From contig OZ241875.1 of the NCBI GenBank assembly GCA_965203325.1, positions 512,001 through 576,000 of the forward strand: a stretch of DNA of 64,000 bases, written 5' to 3'. How positions within the stretch are numbered: the stretch's first letter is position 1; each line of letters starts with the position of its first letter. The position numbers were made by a program, and so were the translations under genes. Under the pieces are notes generated by a model. The model had not been told where the DNA came from. It ran no database searches and saw nothing but the letters and a program-made list of their open reading frames with translations. This DNA is from a bacterium (GTDB lineage: Bacteria; UBA8248). Positions 39,485-49,428 of the stretch are shown in pieces.

Positions 39485-39847
39485 ATGGCCAGAACGAGAT
39501 TCAGCGCAAACAGACGCCGCCCCGGGCGCAGGAGCGCCGCCGCACCGCCCGCTCCCACCGGCGAAAGCGCGAAACAAATCGCCGCGCGCCTCAAGTCCTC
39601 GGCGAGCGTGGGCAGGAATGCGCAGGACTACAGGCGCAAGTCGCTCGACATCCACGGCTGGTTCTGCGCGAAATGCGGCCGGGATTTCGATGAGAACAAC
39701 CTCCACATCCTGACGGTCCACCACCGCGACGGCAACCACAAGAACAACCCGCCCGACGGCAGCAACTGGGAGAACCTGTGCGTGGACTGCCACGAGGACG
39801 AACACTCCCGCGACATGCTGGGCCGCTACCTGAGCGATGACCGCTAG
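39485..39847 (+). CDS. yajD: YajD family HNH nuclease
   Basis: CAKCGR, LTVHHRDGNHKNNPPDGSNWENLCVDCHEDEHSR. Confidence 0.85.
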   Translation: MARTRFSANRRRPGRRSAAAPPAPTGESAKQIAARLKSSASVGRNAQDYRRKSLDIHGWFCAKCGRDFDENNLHILTVHHRDGNHKNNPPDGSNWENLCVDCHEDEHSRDMLGRYLSDDR

Positions 39848-39874
39848 AAACCGCCGCCAGACACGCCCATCGTC

Positions 39875-41164
39875 ATGATACTCTCGGTCGGGCCATCCAT
39901 CGCCAGGGGAACCACCGGCGTTCCCGGCTCGAAATCCCACTCCATCCGCGCCGTCGCGTTCGCGTCCCTCGCTTCCGGGAAAAGCACGATTCGGAACCCC
40001 CTCGATTCCTCGGACGGCCTCTCGGCGGCCCGTGTCTACGCGAGCTTCGGCGCGGAGATCCACAAAGAAAAAGACGTCTGGTCGGTGGCGGGCTTCGGCG
40101 CCCGGCCCGAAGCGCCGCACGATGTCCTCGACGTGGGGAATTCGGGAACCACCTGCCGGATGGCGCTCGGCACCGCCGCGCTTATGCGGGAGGGTCAGGC
40201 CCGCTTCGACGGCGACGCCCAGACCAGGAAACGCCCGATGGGGCCGCTGCTCGATGCGCTCTCGAATCTGGGCGCAAGGGCGCAATCGGGCAAGGACGGC
40301 TATCTCCCCGTCGCAGTGGGCGGCCCGTGGCGCGGCGGGCGGACGAAAGTCGACGGGACGACCAGCCAGTTCACGTCCTCCCTGCTCCTGAACGCGCCCT
40401 TCGGCGAGGAGACGACCACCATCGAGCCGGTCGACCTGAACGAACGCCCCTACGTGGAGATGACGCTCTGGTGGCTCGATCGCCTGGGACTGGAATACGA
40501 GCGCGACGAGTACCGCCGCTTCACCGTTCCGGGTGGACAGGCGCTCTCGGGATTCGAGGTCACCGTGCCTGCGGATTGGAGTTCCGCCGCCTTTCTCGTG
40601 GCCGCAGGCGCTTTGCCGGGCGGCGATGTGACGCTCGAGGGTCTGGACCTCGACGACTCGCAGGGCGACAAGGAGATTCTCCGCTTCGTCGAGGAAATGG
40701 GCGCGGATGTTCTCGTATCGGAGGAAGGCATTCGAATACGCGGAAAGGCGCTGCGCGGCGGGGAATTCGACCTGAACGCCACGCCCGATCTGCTGCCCGT
40801 CATGGTCGTACTCGGCGCTTTCGGGGAGGGAGAGACCCGGCTCGTCAACACGCCCCAGGCCCGCATCAAGGAGACGGACAGGATCTCCGCGGTGCGCGAA
40901 GTCATCGAAACGCTGGGCGGGGAAGCGAGAGAACTGCCGGACGGCATCGTCGTCCAGGGCGGCGGCCTCAGGGGCGGGGTGGTCCACGGGTTCGGCGATC
41001 ACCGGATCGTCATGTCCGCCGCCGTCGCCGGACTCGCGGCGCCCGGGGGCGTATCGGTCGACACGGCGGAGGCGATGGCGGTAACATTCCCTGATTTTTG
41101 CGAGCGCATGGCGTCGCTGGGCGCGGAGATGGAGACGAGGGGTTCACCCGATGCCGATCTATGA
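39875..41164 (+). CDS. aroA: 3-phosphoshikimate 1-carboxyvinyltransferase (EPSP synthase)
   Basis: PGSKS, GNSGT, RPM, SQF, RIKETDRI, GDHRI, TFPDF motifs. Confidence 0.95.
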   Translation: MILSVGPSIARGTTGVPGSKSHSIRAVAFASLASGKSTIRNPLDSSDGLSAARVYASFGAEIHKEKDVWSVAGFGARPEAPHDVLDVGNSGTTCRMALGTAALMREGQARFDGDAQTRKRPMGPLLDALSNLGARAQSGKDGYLPVAVGGPWRGGRTKVDGTTSQFTSSLLLNAPFGEETTTIEPVDLNERPYVEMTLWWLDRLGLEYERDEYRRFTVPGGQALSGFEVTVPADWSSAAFLVAAGALPGGDVTLEGLDLDDSQGDKEILRFVEEMGADVLVSEEGIRIRGKALRGGEFDLNATPDLLPVMVVLGAFGEGETRLVNTPQARIKETDRISAVREVIETLGGEARELPDGIVVQGGGLRGGVVHGFGDHRIVMSAAVAGLAAPGGVSVDTAEAMAVTFPDFCERMASLGAEMETRGSPDADL

Positions 41165-41483
41165 ATACGAGTGCAGGGCGTGCGGCTTCATCTCCGGCCA
41201 TCTGGTGATGAAGCCCTCGGACAGGAGAAAGCTCGCCTGCCGCTCCTGCGGACACAGGAGACTCCGGAAAGTCATGTCGCGCTTCTCCTCGCACCAGACC
41301 GAAGCCCAGCGGCTCGATTCGTTCGACCCATCGAAGCCGCAGGACAGCTCCTTCTACAAGGACGACCGCAACATCGGGCTATGGGCCCAGAAGCGCGCCC
41401 AGCAGTTGGGTGTCGACCTGGGCGACTCTTTCGGCGAGACCCTGGAGAAGGGGCGCTCGAAAAAAATTCTCGACAACCTGTGA
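41151..41483 (+). CDS. FmdB family zinc-ribbon protein
   Basis: MPIYEYECRACG...CRSCG. Confidence 0.85.
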   Translation: MPIYEYECRACGFISGHLVMKPSDRRKLACRSCGHRRLRKVMSRFSSHQTEAQRLDSFDPSKPQDSSFYKDDRNIGLWAQKRAQQLGVDLGDSFGETLEKGRSKKILDNL

Positions 41484-41490
41484 GGCCACG

Positions 41491-42171
41491 TTGAGCACCG
41501 AACAGAAGATGAGCGAGGCGCTCCGCGCGGAAGCGGAGCCGCTCTGGGAAAAAATTCACGCGCACCCCTTCGTCCGCGGCATCGGGGACGGCACGCTGCC
41601 GCTCGCGCAGTTCCGCTTCTACATGTGCCAGGACTACGTTTTCCTGAAGGAATACGGCCGCGTCATCGCCCTGGCCGTCGTGAAGGCCCCCGAACTGGCG
41701 GAGATGGGGCGTTTCGCCGACCTCCTGAACGCCACGCTGAACACCGAGATGGAACTCCACCGGGGGTTCGCGGCGAAATTCGGCATCTCGGCGGACGAGA
41801 TAGAGGCGACTAGACCTGCGCCGACGTGCAAAGGCTACACCGATTTCCTGCTCGAGGCGGCCTATTCGGGCACATTCGGGGAGGTCGCCGCCGCCATGCT
41901 CCCCTGCCAGTGGGACTACGCGGTCATCGGCGAGATGCTCGCCGCCAAGGGGGTTCCCGAGAACGCCCCGCTCCACGCCGAGTGGATAGAGACTTACGCG
42001 TCCGAGGAGTTCGCCGCGCTCGCCCGAGGGCTGCGCGACGTGCTCGACGAAGCCGCCGCGGCGGCGGGCCCCGCCGAGCGTGCGCGCATGCGCGCGCATT
42101 TCCTGATGGGCACGCGGTATGAGTACCTCTTCTGGGACATGAGCTGGAAGATGGAGGCGTGGCCCCTCTAG
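41491..42171 (+). CDS. tenA: Thiaminase II
   Basis: HPFV, QDYVFL, LPCQWDY (catalytic Cys), WIETY, YEYLFWDM; start TTG 41491 or ATG 41509. Confidence 0.9.
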   Translation: MSTEQKMSEALRAEAEPLWEKIHAHPFVRGIGDGTLPLAQFRFYMCQDYVFLKEYGRVIALAVVKAPELAEMGRFADLLNATLNTEMELHRGFAAKFGISADEIEATRPAPTCKGYTDFLLEAAYSGTFGEVAAAMLPCQWDYAVIGEMLAAKGVPENAPLHAEWIETYASEEFAALARGLRDVLDEAAAAAGPAERARMRAHFLMGTRYEYLFWDMSWKMEAWPL

Positions 42172-42195
42172 CCCCGAGCCCCGTCTGGAGAACGC

Positions 42196-42720
42196 ATGGC
42201 CCCCCGGACGCGAAAAGACATCCCCAACCCCACCCGATGCACGTGGGCCGAGGGCGACCCCGTGATGGAGAAATACCACGACGAGGAATGGGGGTTTCCC
42301 GTCCGTACGACCCGGAAACACTTCGAGCAACTCACTCTCGAAATCTTTCAGGCGGGCCTCTCCTGGCGCACGATACTCCACAAGCGCGAGGCGTTCCGAA
42401 AGGAATTCATGGGGTTCGCACCCGAGAAAGTCGCCCGATTCACCGAGAAGGACATCGAGCGCATCCTCGGAAACCCGGGCGTCGTTCGCAACCGCAAGAA
42501 GATCGAAGCGGCGGTCGAGAACGCCAAAAGATTCCTCGCCATTCAGAAGAAACACGGCTCGTTCAACCGCTACCTCGCCTCCCTGCCGGACGATTTGGCC
42601 GCGCTGCAAAAGATTTTCCGCGCGGAATTCGTCTTCATGGGACCCAAGATCGCCGAAGCCTACCTCGAGAGCGTGGGCCGGATACCCGCGCCCCACGACC
42701 CCCGCTGCTGGCGCGCGTAA
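42196..42720 (+). CDS. tag: DNA-3-methyladenine glycosylase I
   Basis: RCTWA, YHDEEWG, FQAGLSW, RNRKKI, HDPRC. Confidence 0.92.
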   Translation: MAPRTRKDIPNPTRCTWAEGDPVMEKYHDEEWGFPVRTTRKHFEQLTLEIFQAGLSWRTILHKREAFRKEFMGFAPEKVARFTEKDIERILGNPGVVRNRKKIEAAVENAKRFLAIQKKHGSFNRYLASLPDDLAALQKIFRAEFVFMGPKIAEAYLESVGRIPAPHDPRCWRA

Positions 42721-42934
42721 CCCCGCTGGATTCATCGCAAATGCGGGGGTCAAAGCCGATTGATGAATGAGGCTTTGCCGACGTGATGCGGTGCGAGAGG
42801 AAATGCGGGCTGTTGCGGGGAAATGCGGTGGCGCCTGAAAAACTTTTTTTACCGCCGGATCTGAGTGTCCGGCGCTAAGATTTATACGGCAACCCTTTTG
42901 ATTACAATTATTTATCTGGACGTTATTTTTCAGC

Positions 42935-42990
42935 AATTTATCGAAAAACCCCGTGAATTTATCGTATTTTATCGAATTGTTCAGTAATTC
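42935..42990. repeat. 56-bp AT-rich element (inverted partner of 37632-37687)
   Basis: Three TTTATCG direct repeats; 53/56 identical to its partner. Confidence 0.9.
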
Positions 42991-43302
42991 CCGTCGCGCG
43001 GAAAACGCCGGGTCCGTTCGCTTCGCTCTTTCCGCTTTTTCCAGGTCCATCGGAACTCCTCCCGTTCGCGCGCCCGATCCTGCCCCGCGCGGGCGCAAGC
43101 CCGGTAACGCCAAATGCGGGGAAATGCGTTTCATCCGGTTTTTTCGCGCAACCCGCACCGGTTCCCCTCGGGATCCGGGAAAACGGGGAACGGGCCCAGG
43201 CCATCTCCCTGGGCTTTGGGAACAACGGGACAACCTTTCTCTTTTCCACTATCCCATGGGTAAGGCATAATGAAATCTGGTAAGGGAAAGGGAGATCATG
43301 AA

Positions 43303-43668
43303 ATGTTCGAATCCACGATTACATCCAAAGGCCGGACGACGCTGCCCAAGCCGGTGCGCGAAGCCCTCGGCGTGCGGCCGGGCGATCACGTGCGCTATAT
43401 CATCCTGGGCGATGAGGTGCGCATCATCCCGATGCGGCCGCTCGCCCGGCTGTTCGGCGCGCTCAAATACGAAGGCCCCCGAAAACGCTCGAAGAGATGG
43501 AGCGCGCCGTCGCAGAAGGGGCCTGTGAGGAGTGATCGCGCTCGACACGAACGTCCTCGTCCGATATCTGGTCGCAGACGATGCAACCCAGACAGAAGCG
43601 GCGCATCCTCTCTCTACACCTTCGACAGACGAGCGGCGCAGATGGAGGGTGTGGTGTTGGTAGGATGA
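43303..43668 (+). pseudogene. Decayed AbrB-antitoxin / VapC-toxin pair (copy of 49985-50622)
   Basis: One C missing in the poly-C run near 43476 frameshifts the antitoxin; the toxin lacks 259 bp between two GAAGCGGC repeats. Confidence 0.9.
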
Positions 43669-43845
43669 ATCTCGACAAAGAAGGAGGGATTTCCGAGCAA
43701 TATTAAAAACTAAAAGCATCCCCAAAACTTCTTGAACACCCATTGAAAAGAACCACCCGTCCGAAGTGATTGCTGTAGTTTCTTCTTGACATATATGTTG
43801 ATTTGTTAAAAAATAAATCAACACTAACTATTTGGGGTGTTCTCC

Positions 43846-44253
43846 ATGTCCAAATACGAACCCCTGACGACCCACCTTCGCGCATCCGGGCGGGCGTCGA
43901 TCCCCCTCACCTTCAATAAAATCGAGCGCATAGTCGGGGCGAAGCTGCCGCCCTCGGCCTTCAAATACCGCGCGTGGTGGTCGAACAACCCTACGAATAG
44001 CGTCATCACACACGCCTGGCTCGATGCGGGCTACAAGACGGCGAACGTGGACATGGCGGGCCGCAAACTCGTCTTTCGAAAATATGCAAAGAGTGAGTCG
44101 GCACCTGAATCCGTCAACGAACGAGAAACCACGAACGGGGCCGACGCCGGTTTATTCCAGCGCATCTACGGTGCGCTTCAGGGCACGGTAACGATTTCCC
44201 AGGATACGGACCTAACTTCCCCCACCGATGAAGAATGGGAAGCCTTGCGATAG
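43846..44253 (+). CDS. DUF7662-like protein, putative antitoxin
   Basis: MSKYEPL...LTFNKIE...LPPSA...WWSN...AWLDAGY; antitoxin-like tail YGALQGTVTI...PTDEEW; 6 nt upstream of vapC. Confidence 0.7.
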   Translation: MSKYEPLTTHLRASGRASIPLTFNKIERIVGAKLPPSAFKYRAWWSNNPTNSVITHAWLDAGYKTANVDMAGRKLVFRKYAKSESAPESVNERETTNGADAGLFQRIYGALQGTVTISQDTDLTSPTDEEWEALR

Positions 44254-44259
44254 CCCGCC

Positions 44260-44667
44260 ATGCCGGCTTACCTCCTTGATACTTGTGCGGTGATCTGGAT
44301 TGCCGAAGGCGCGCGTCTGCAGGAACCTGCTGCGAGTGATCTCCCGAAAGCGCAAGACGGGGAGCTTTTTGTATCCCCCATAAGCGCATGGGAGATCGCT
44401 AATCTCGCGGCGAAGGGAAAAATCGCGCTCACGATGAGTCCCGAGGTCTGGTTCGAGCGTTTTTGCGATCAGCGAGGAGTAGTGCTGGCCGAGATGCCGC
44501 CTTCGGTGCTGATCGCCTCAGCCGTCCTCCCCGGCGCGCCTCCTGCCGATCCGGCGGATCGCATTCTCCTCGCCACGGCAAGGGAGTTCGGCTACACGCT
44601 GGTGACGAGAGATACGCACCTGCTCGAATACGGCGAGCAAGGGCACGCGCGGCTGATGGGGTGTTAA
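44260..44667 (+). CDS. vapC: VapC family PIN toxin
   Basis: LLDTC, SPISAWEI, DPADRILLATA, LVTRD. Confidence 0.9.
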   Translation: MPAYLLDTCAVIWIAEGARLQEPAASDLPKAQDGELFVSPISAWEIANLAAKGKIALTMSPEVWFERFCDQRGVVLAEMPPSVLIASAVLPGAPPADPADRILLATAREFGYTLVTRDTHLLEYGEQGHARLMGC

Positions 44668-45112
44668 GGGGTGCATCATATTTGCGAATGATGTCCTAGG
44701 CTGGTTGATCTCAAGCATTTCAGCTTCCTTGCAATTTTCAAAAAGTTATTGAACACTAAATGCGAACACGAGGATTCTAAAAGACCCGAACCCACCATTA
44801 CATCATTGGGGCAAACGATTTTGCATTAGCCCATTGGGTAGGCGTTCGGCGTGCTTCCGGGGATCGCGTGCGCTAATTCTCGCCTTGCTCAATGTGAGGC
44901 GAAGTGTGTTTGTACGGTCCGTCTCTCGGCGGCTCGACGCGCTTAGGACGAGGACATCCAACGCGCCGTTACCGATCGCCGACGAGGAAAGTCGCGTACA
45001 TTACGAACGCCCTGACCACGCTGCTTTGACTTGGCACAATGAGCACTGTTTCAAAGGATAAACGGTGGCTTCAATTCCTGATAACGACCTTGACACACGA
45101 ATGCGAATGGCC

Positions 45113-46499
45113 GAGTTACGCTCAAAACTTGTGTATGGGCTGAATTGAAGAAGGCGGCGCATCCTGCTGAAATAGGGTTTGCCAAATAGCCCGGTCATTC
45201 AGCACAAGGAGATGCGCCACCATGAGAGAAGATACGACGATTCCCATGAAGAATCCAGCCCTACGGGACGAGTTGAGCGAACTGTTGCGCGCGGGCGCGC
45301 GACGAATCATCCGCCAGGCGGTGGAAGCGGAGTTGGCGGCGTTTCTCGAAGAATATGCGGGCGATCGTGACGCGCAGGGCCGCCGCGCGGTGGTTCGCAA
45401 CGGGTATCTGCCGTCGCGGGAGGTGTTGACGGGAGTGGGTCCGGTGCGTGTCCAGGTGCCCCGGACGCGGGACAGGTCGGGGTCGGGGCGGCGTTTCCGC
45501 TCGGAGTTGCTGCCGCCGTATCTGCGCAAGACGCGGCGCGTGGAAGCGGTGATACCGTGGCTGTACCTGAAGGGGGTATCGACGAACGACTTCGGCGAGG
45601 CGCTCACGGCGCTGTTCGGCGAGTCGGTGGGGGGCTTGTCCCCGGCGAGCGTCTCGCGGCTCAAGGAGGGCTGGGAGCGCGAGTACGCGCAGTGGCGCGA
45701 GCGGGCGTGGCACGGGGAGGAGTTCGCGTATCTGTGGGCGGACGGCATCTACGTGAACGTTCGCAGCGGGGAGCGGCGCTGCCTTCTGGTGGTCGTGGGC
45801 TGCGACGCGCGAGGCCGCAAGCGCTTCCTGGCCCTGGAGGCGGGGTTCCGTGAATCGAAGGAGAGCTGGAAGGCGGTTTTGTTGCGCCTGCGGGAGCGGG
45901 GCGTGAAGGCGGCGAAGCTCGCCGTGGGCGACGGGGGGCTGGGGTTGTGGTCGGCGCTGGCCGAGGTGTACCCCGGGACCCGGGCGCAGCGCTGCTGGGT
46001 GCACAAGACGGCGAACGTTCTCGACAAGCTGCCCAAGAGCGCTCAGGTCGAAGCGAGGCCGATGCTGTATGAGATGTGGAGGGCGGAGACCCGCGCGCAT
46101 GCGGAGAAGGCGTTCGAACGCTTTCTCGCCACCTGGGAGGCGAAGTATCCCAAGGCCGCCGCGTGCCTGTCGAGGGACCGCGAGGAGTTGTTCGCCTTCT
46201 ACGACTTCCCGGCGGCGCACTGGCGGAGCATTCGGACGACGAACCCGATCGAGTCGACCTTCGCCACGATCCGGCTGCGAACGGCGAAGACGAGGAACTG
46301 CCTGAGCGAGAAGACGGCGCTGAGCCTGATTCACCAACTCGCCATGAGCGCCGAGAAGCGATGGGGGCGGCTGGGCGGCTTGCGCCAGCTGGCCGACGTG
46401 ATCACCGACGTGAGGTTCATCGATGGGATGAACGAAAAACAAACCGGCAGGGAGGCCGCTGAACTCAAGACGGCCATACACAACATTTGACAGTAACTC
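45113..46499 (+). mobile_element. IS256-family insertion sequence, copy 1 (1387 bp, 9-bp TSD CGAATGGCC)
   Basis: Imperfect TIRs GAGTTACGCTCAAAACTTGTGTATGG / CCATACACAACATTTGACAGTAACTC; TSD 45104-45112 and 46500-46508. Confidence 0.96.
45222..46490 (+). CDS. IS256 family (mutator) transposase
   Basis: RNGY, YLKGVST, YLWADG, VGDGGLG, QRCWVH, RTTNPIES. Confidence 0.96.
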   Translation: MREDTTIPMKNPALRDELSELLRAGARRIIRQAVEAELAAFLEEYAGDRDAQGRRAVVRNGYLPSREVLTGVGPVRVQVPRTRDRSGSGRRFRSELLPPYLRKTRRVEAVIPWLYLKGVSTNDFGEALTALFGESVGGLSPASVSRLKEGWEREYAQWRERAWHGEEFAYLWADGIYVNVRSGERRCLLVVVGCDARGRKRFLALEAGFRESKESWKAVLLRLRERGVKAAKLAVGDGGLGLWSALAEVYPGTRAQRCWVHKTANVLDKLPKSAQVEARPMLYEMWRAETRAHAEKAFERFLATWEAKYPKAAACLSRDREELFAFYDFPAAHWRSIRTTNPIESTFATIRLRTAKTRNCLSEKTALSLIHQLAMSAEKRWGRLGGLRQLADVITDVRFIDGMNEKQTGREAAELKTAIHNI

Positions 46500-47494
46500 C
46501 GAATGGCCGCTTTCGATCGCGTTCGGGAATTACAGGAAATACATGATCACCTGACTGCAAATGAGTTAGGTCCGGGTTTTATTTTCGAGGGCAAACGCAC
46601 CCCGCTCGTCAATCCGCAACGCGGCATTTTCAAACCCCGACAAATGCGATTCTTGCTTTCGATCAGGACTGTATTTCCGGTGCCGGGCGGAAGAATCTGG
46701 TATGACGATCAGCGCGAAGTTCACCGCCAGATATATGAGGGCGACGAAACGGTTGATTACGCGTTCATGGGGGAAAACCCGGAAGCTGCCGACAACCGTT
46801 GGCTGCGCGAAGCGTTCGAGAACAAAAAGCCGGTGATCTATTTCCTCGGCGTTGCGCCAAGGAGGTACCAGGCCATCCTGCCAGTTTTCATTACAGGATG
46901 GGACGCCGGAGCACTGAAGGCGCAAGTTGCGTTTGGAGCGCCGGGCCAAGAGATACTCTCACCACCCAAAAATGCCGTGGAGCGTCGTTATGCCCTGCGC
47001 TCCGTGAAACATCGGCTGCATCAAACATCGTTTCGAGAGGCCGTCATCACCGCCTATAACGGCCGTTGCGCGCTGTCGGGGATACCCGAACCACGTCTGT
47101 TGGATGCAGCGCACATTATTTCAGACAAGGATGAACGGCTCGGCCAGCCGGTAATCCCCAACGGCATCCCGTTGTCGAAAACCCATCATGCCGCCTTCGA
47201 TAAACATCTGATCGGGATCGACCCGGACTACCGTGTGCATGTCTCCGACCAACTGCTTAGCAAGCATGATGGCCCCATGCTCGAAGCGCTAAAGCAACTC
47301 AATGGTGGAGCTATTCATCTCCCCAAACGCAATAAGGACGAACCGGATCGAGACCGCCTTGCGCTGCGTTTCGAGCGCTTCAAGGCAACAGCGTAAGTCC
47401 CCTTCCGTTTGATACATCAGAACCGATTGTTACGAAGCGCGAAAGCCGAACTTCGGCAGGGTGGGGACCGCAAACGCGAAGGCCCGGACGAGCA

Positions 47495-48082
47495 TCAATC
47501 TCTCCCGGCAGCTTTTTTCACGGCGTCGGTAAGTCCGTGATAGGCAACGGGGCGAGCGAGTTTTTCCAGAGCAGACAGCGATATCGACTTACGCTTATCG
47601 AGCTTTGATGTAGCAAGCGCGTAGAACTTCCACTGATCGAGGTCGAGCGGGTCAATCGGTGCTTCCCGTTGCGCAAAGAGCGCGAACACATAGAGGTCGG
47701 CGTGATGTTTGGGTTCAGGATCTAACTGGCCGCTTTCAGGATCCCATGCTTGCGTTTTGGGCGTCCTGAAACTGATTCGTGACAAGCGCTCCTGGACCCA
47801 ACTCTGGACATACGCCGCGGATTTGACCTCTATCTTTATCCCGTCCGGCATTTCGAGGTCGAACGGCGCCCACCCGTCGCGAATTTCCTTATCCATTGGT
47901 ATTTCAAGAGCGCGGGCCACGATGTATTCCGCCAGAATGCCTCGGGCGGTGTTGCCGACCAGATCGGAAGCCGACCACCGCCAATAATCAAGCACGTTGA
48001 AATCGAGATCGGAGCCGTGCGCGCGAAAACGCTCGGAACCGTCTTTTTTTACGACTTTGAGTTTCTCTAAAGCATCCGTCAT
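47495..48082 (-). CDS. Hypothetical PD-(D/E)xK restriction-endonuclease-like protein
   Basis: RGILAEYIV...FDL...KIEVKSAAY; GGAGG RBS. Confidence 0.65.
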   Translation of the reverse strand: MTDALEKLKVVKKDGSERFRAHGSDLDFNVLDYWRWSASDLVGNTARGILAEYIVARALEIPMDKEIRDGWAPFDLEMPDGIKIEVKSAAYVQSWVQERLSRISFRTPKTQAWDPESGQLDPEPKHHADLYVFALFAQREAPIDPLDLDQWKFYALATSKLDKRKSISLSALEKLARPVAYHGLTDAVKKAAGRD

Positions 48083-48150
48083 AAATGCCTCCGAAACAGT
48101 TCCCCTGCCTCCTCAATGCGCGGACCTTGCTCTTTTCGCTTTAATCGCCT

Positions 48151-49428
48151 TCAAACATCCTCAACCCCCGTCTCGAAAAACAGACCGTCATAAAGGAATG
48201 CGCTGCGGATCGCCTCGCAGTCGCGTTCGCTCACGCCGACGCCGCGCATCGTTTGTCGCCATGAAGCGCGCGCCGTATCGACGATGCGCGAGAAGATGGC
48301 CTCGGCCTCATCCGCGCCGAGGAGAAAACGGCCCGCCGCGCCGATGAGGTTCGCCTTGTTGGCCGACCTGCCCGCCGGGCCGCACGTCATCGCCAGATCG
48401 CGCCGCTCCTGCGCGACGACCGGCATCGGCGTAAGATCGTAGGCGGGGCTGAGCCGCCACTGTCTCCCTTTCGCAAGCAGCGCGTGGTTGCGCGGGTGAT
48501 CGTCGAGATTCGAAACCGCCGCGTTGAAACACATGCGCGCGAACAGTTCGCGCAGGTCTTCTTCGGGGCGCACGCTCCCGCGCCGAAGTTCATCGGCGAG
48601 CAACAGATAAGACCACCGCCCCCGCGCGGCGGGGTTGTCTTCCGATTGCAGCAGCGTGAGGGCGCTCACCATCCGGTGGCGCTGGTAGCCTTCCCCGCTC
48701 CACTCGCGGTCGAAGCGACGCACGAGCAACACGTCGCGCCCGCCGACACTTTCCACCCGGCTCTCCGCGACATCGACTCCGCATTCTCTCGCCAGAACCA
48801 GCAACCCGTGTTCGACGCGCGGGTGGTTCCAGCGGTCGTCCAGTCTTCCGAACTTGGCGAGCCACAGGGCCAGCTCGTCCTCCACAACGACCTTGGGACG
48901 TGCGCCGCCCATCGACGTGCCAATCAACAACAACTCTTCGGCCTGCGCTTGGGCGGACCCACCTCCCTCGGGATCATCTGCGACGATGGCGTCGGCGGCG
49001 GCTTGCAGGCGGTCCAATTCGATCGTGCGGTTGAACCAGCGGCGCACCGGCGGCACCTCGACGACGGGGCCGAAGCCGAGCGCCCCCGCGCGGTCGTCGG
49101 GTCCTCGCACCAGATAGTCGAATTCATCGAGCCCGGTCTGTCCGCGGTTTCTTTCAATGACGAGGCGGCCCCAATAATCCGGCATGGAATCGCGTATGGC
49201 GCCGAAAAATCCGCTCATGCGCGCCGTCTCATACTCGCGCTCGGCGAGGCGCAACTCGACCGGGTCGAGCTCCACGGCGTCATCGCGCCCGAGATAGCTG
49301 CGTCCGTAGACGAATCGCCCAAGCGCCGCACCGTCGCGCATCTCCTCCACCCGGAAACGACCCGCCGTCACGAACTCCGTCTCTCCGGGGAGGACGATAT
49401 AGACGAAGCACTCGCCCTCAGAAGTCAT
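48151..49428 (-). CDS. hipA: HipA family kinase toxin
   Basis: SMGGARPK, RRFDR, NLDDHPRNH, LSPAYDL. Confidence 0.92.
   Translation of the reverse strand: MTSEGECFVYIVLPGETEFVTAGRFRVEEMRDGAALGRFVYGRSYLGRDDAVELDPVELRLAEREYETARMSGFFGAIRDSMPDYWGRLVIERNRGQTGLDEFDYLVRGPDDRAGALGFGPVVEVPPVRRWFNRTIELDRLQAAADAIVADDPEGGGSAQAQAEELLLIGTSMGGARPKVVVEDELALWLAKFGRLDDRWNHPRVEHGLLVLARECGVDVAESRVESVGGRDVLLVRRFDREWSGEGYQRHRMVSALTLLQSEDNPAARGRWSYLLLADELRRGSVRPEEDLRELFARMCFNAAVSNLDDHPRNHALLAKGRQWRLSPAYDLTPMPVVAQERRDLAMTCGPAGRSANKANLIGAAGRFLLGADEAEAIFSRIVDTARASWRQTMRGVGVSERDCEAIRSAFLYDGLFFETGVEDV

Larger units (their letters stand above)
45065..47396 (+). pseudogene. HNH endonuclease gene (putative modification-dependent REase) interrupted by IS256 after codon 16; 297-aa remainder intact at 46503-47396
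   Basis: GTG 45065 MASIPDNDLDTRMRMA | IS | AFDRVREL...; HNH_2 motifs CALSG, LDAAHI, NGIPLSKTHHAAFD. Confidence 0.85.

Noticed and set aside
41410..41490. UGA readthrough or fusion of the FmdB protein into tenA
   Set aside because: The genes are in different frames, there is no SECIS-like hairpin, and tenA has its own start.
43000..43250. Cobalamin riboswitch or other ncRNA in the long non-coding gap
   Set aside because: Only a partial GGGAA-CCGGTG match on the minus strand, no recognisable B12 box and no appropriate downstream gene; an Rfam search would be needed.
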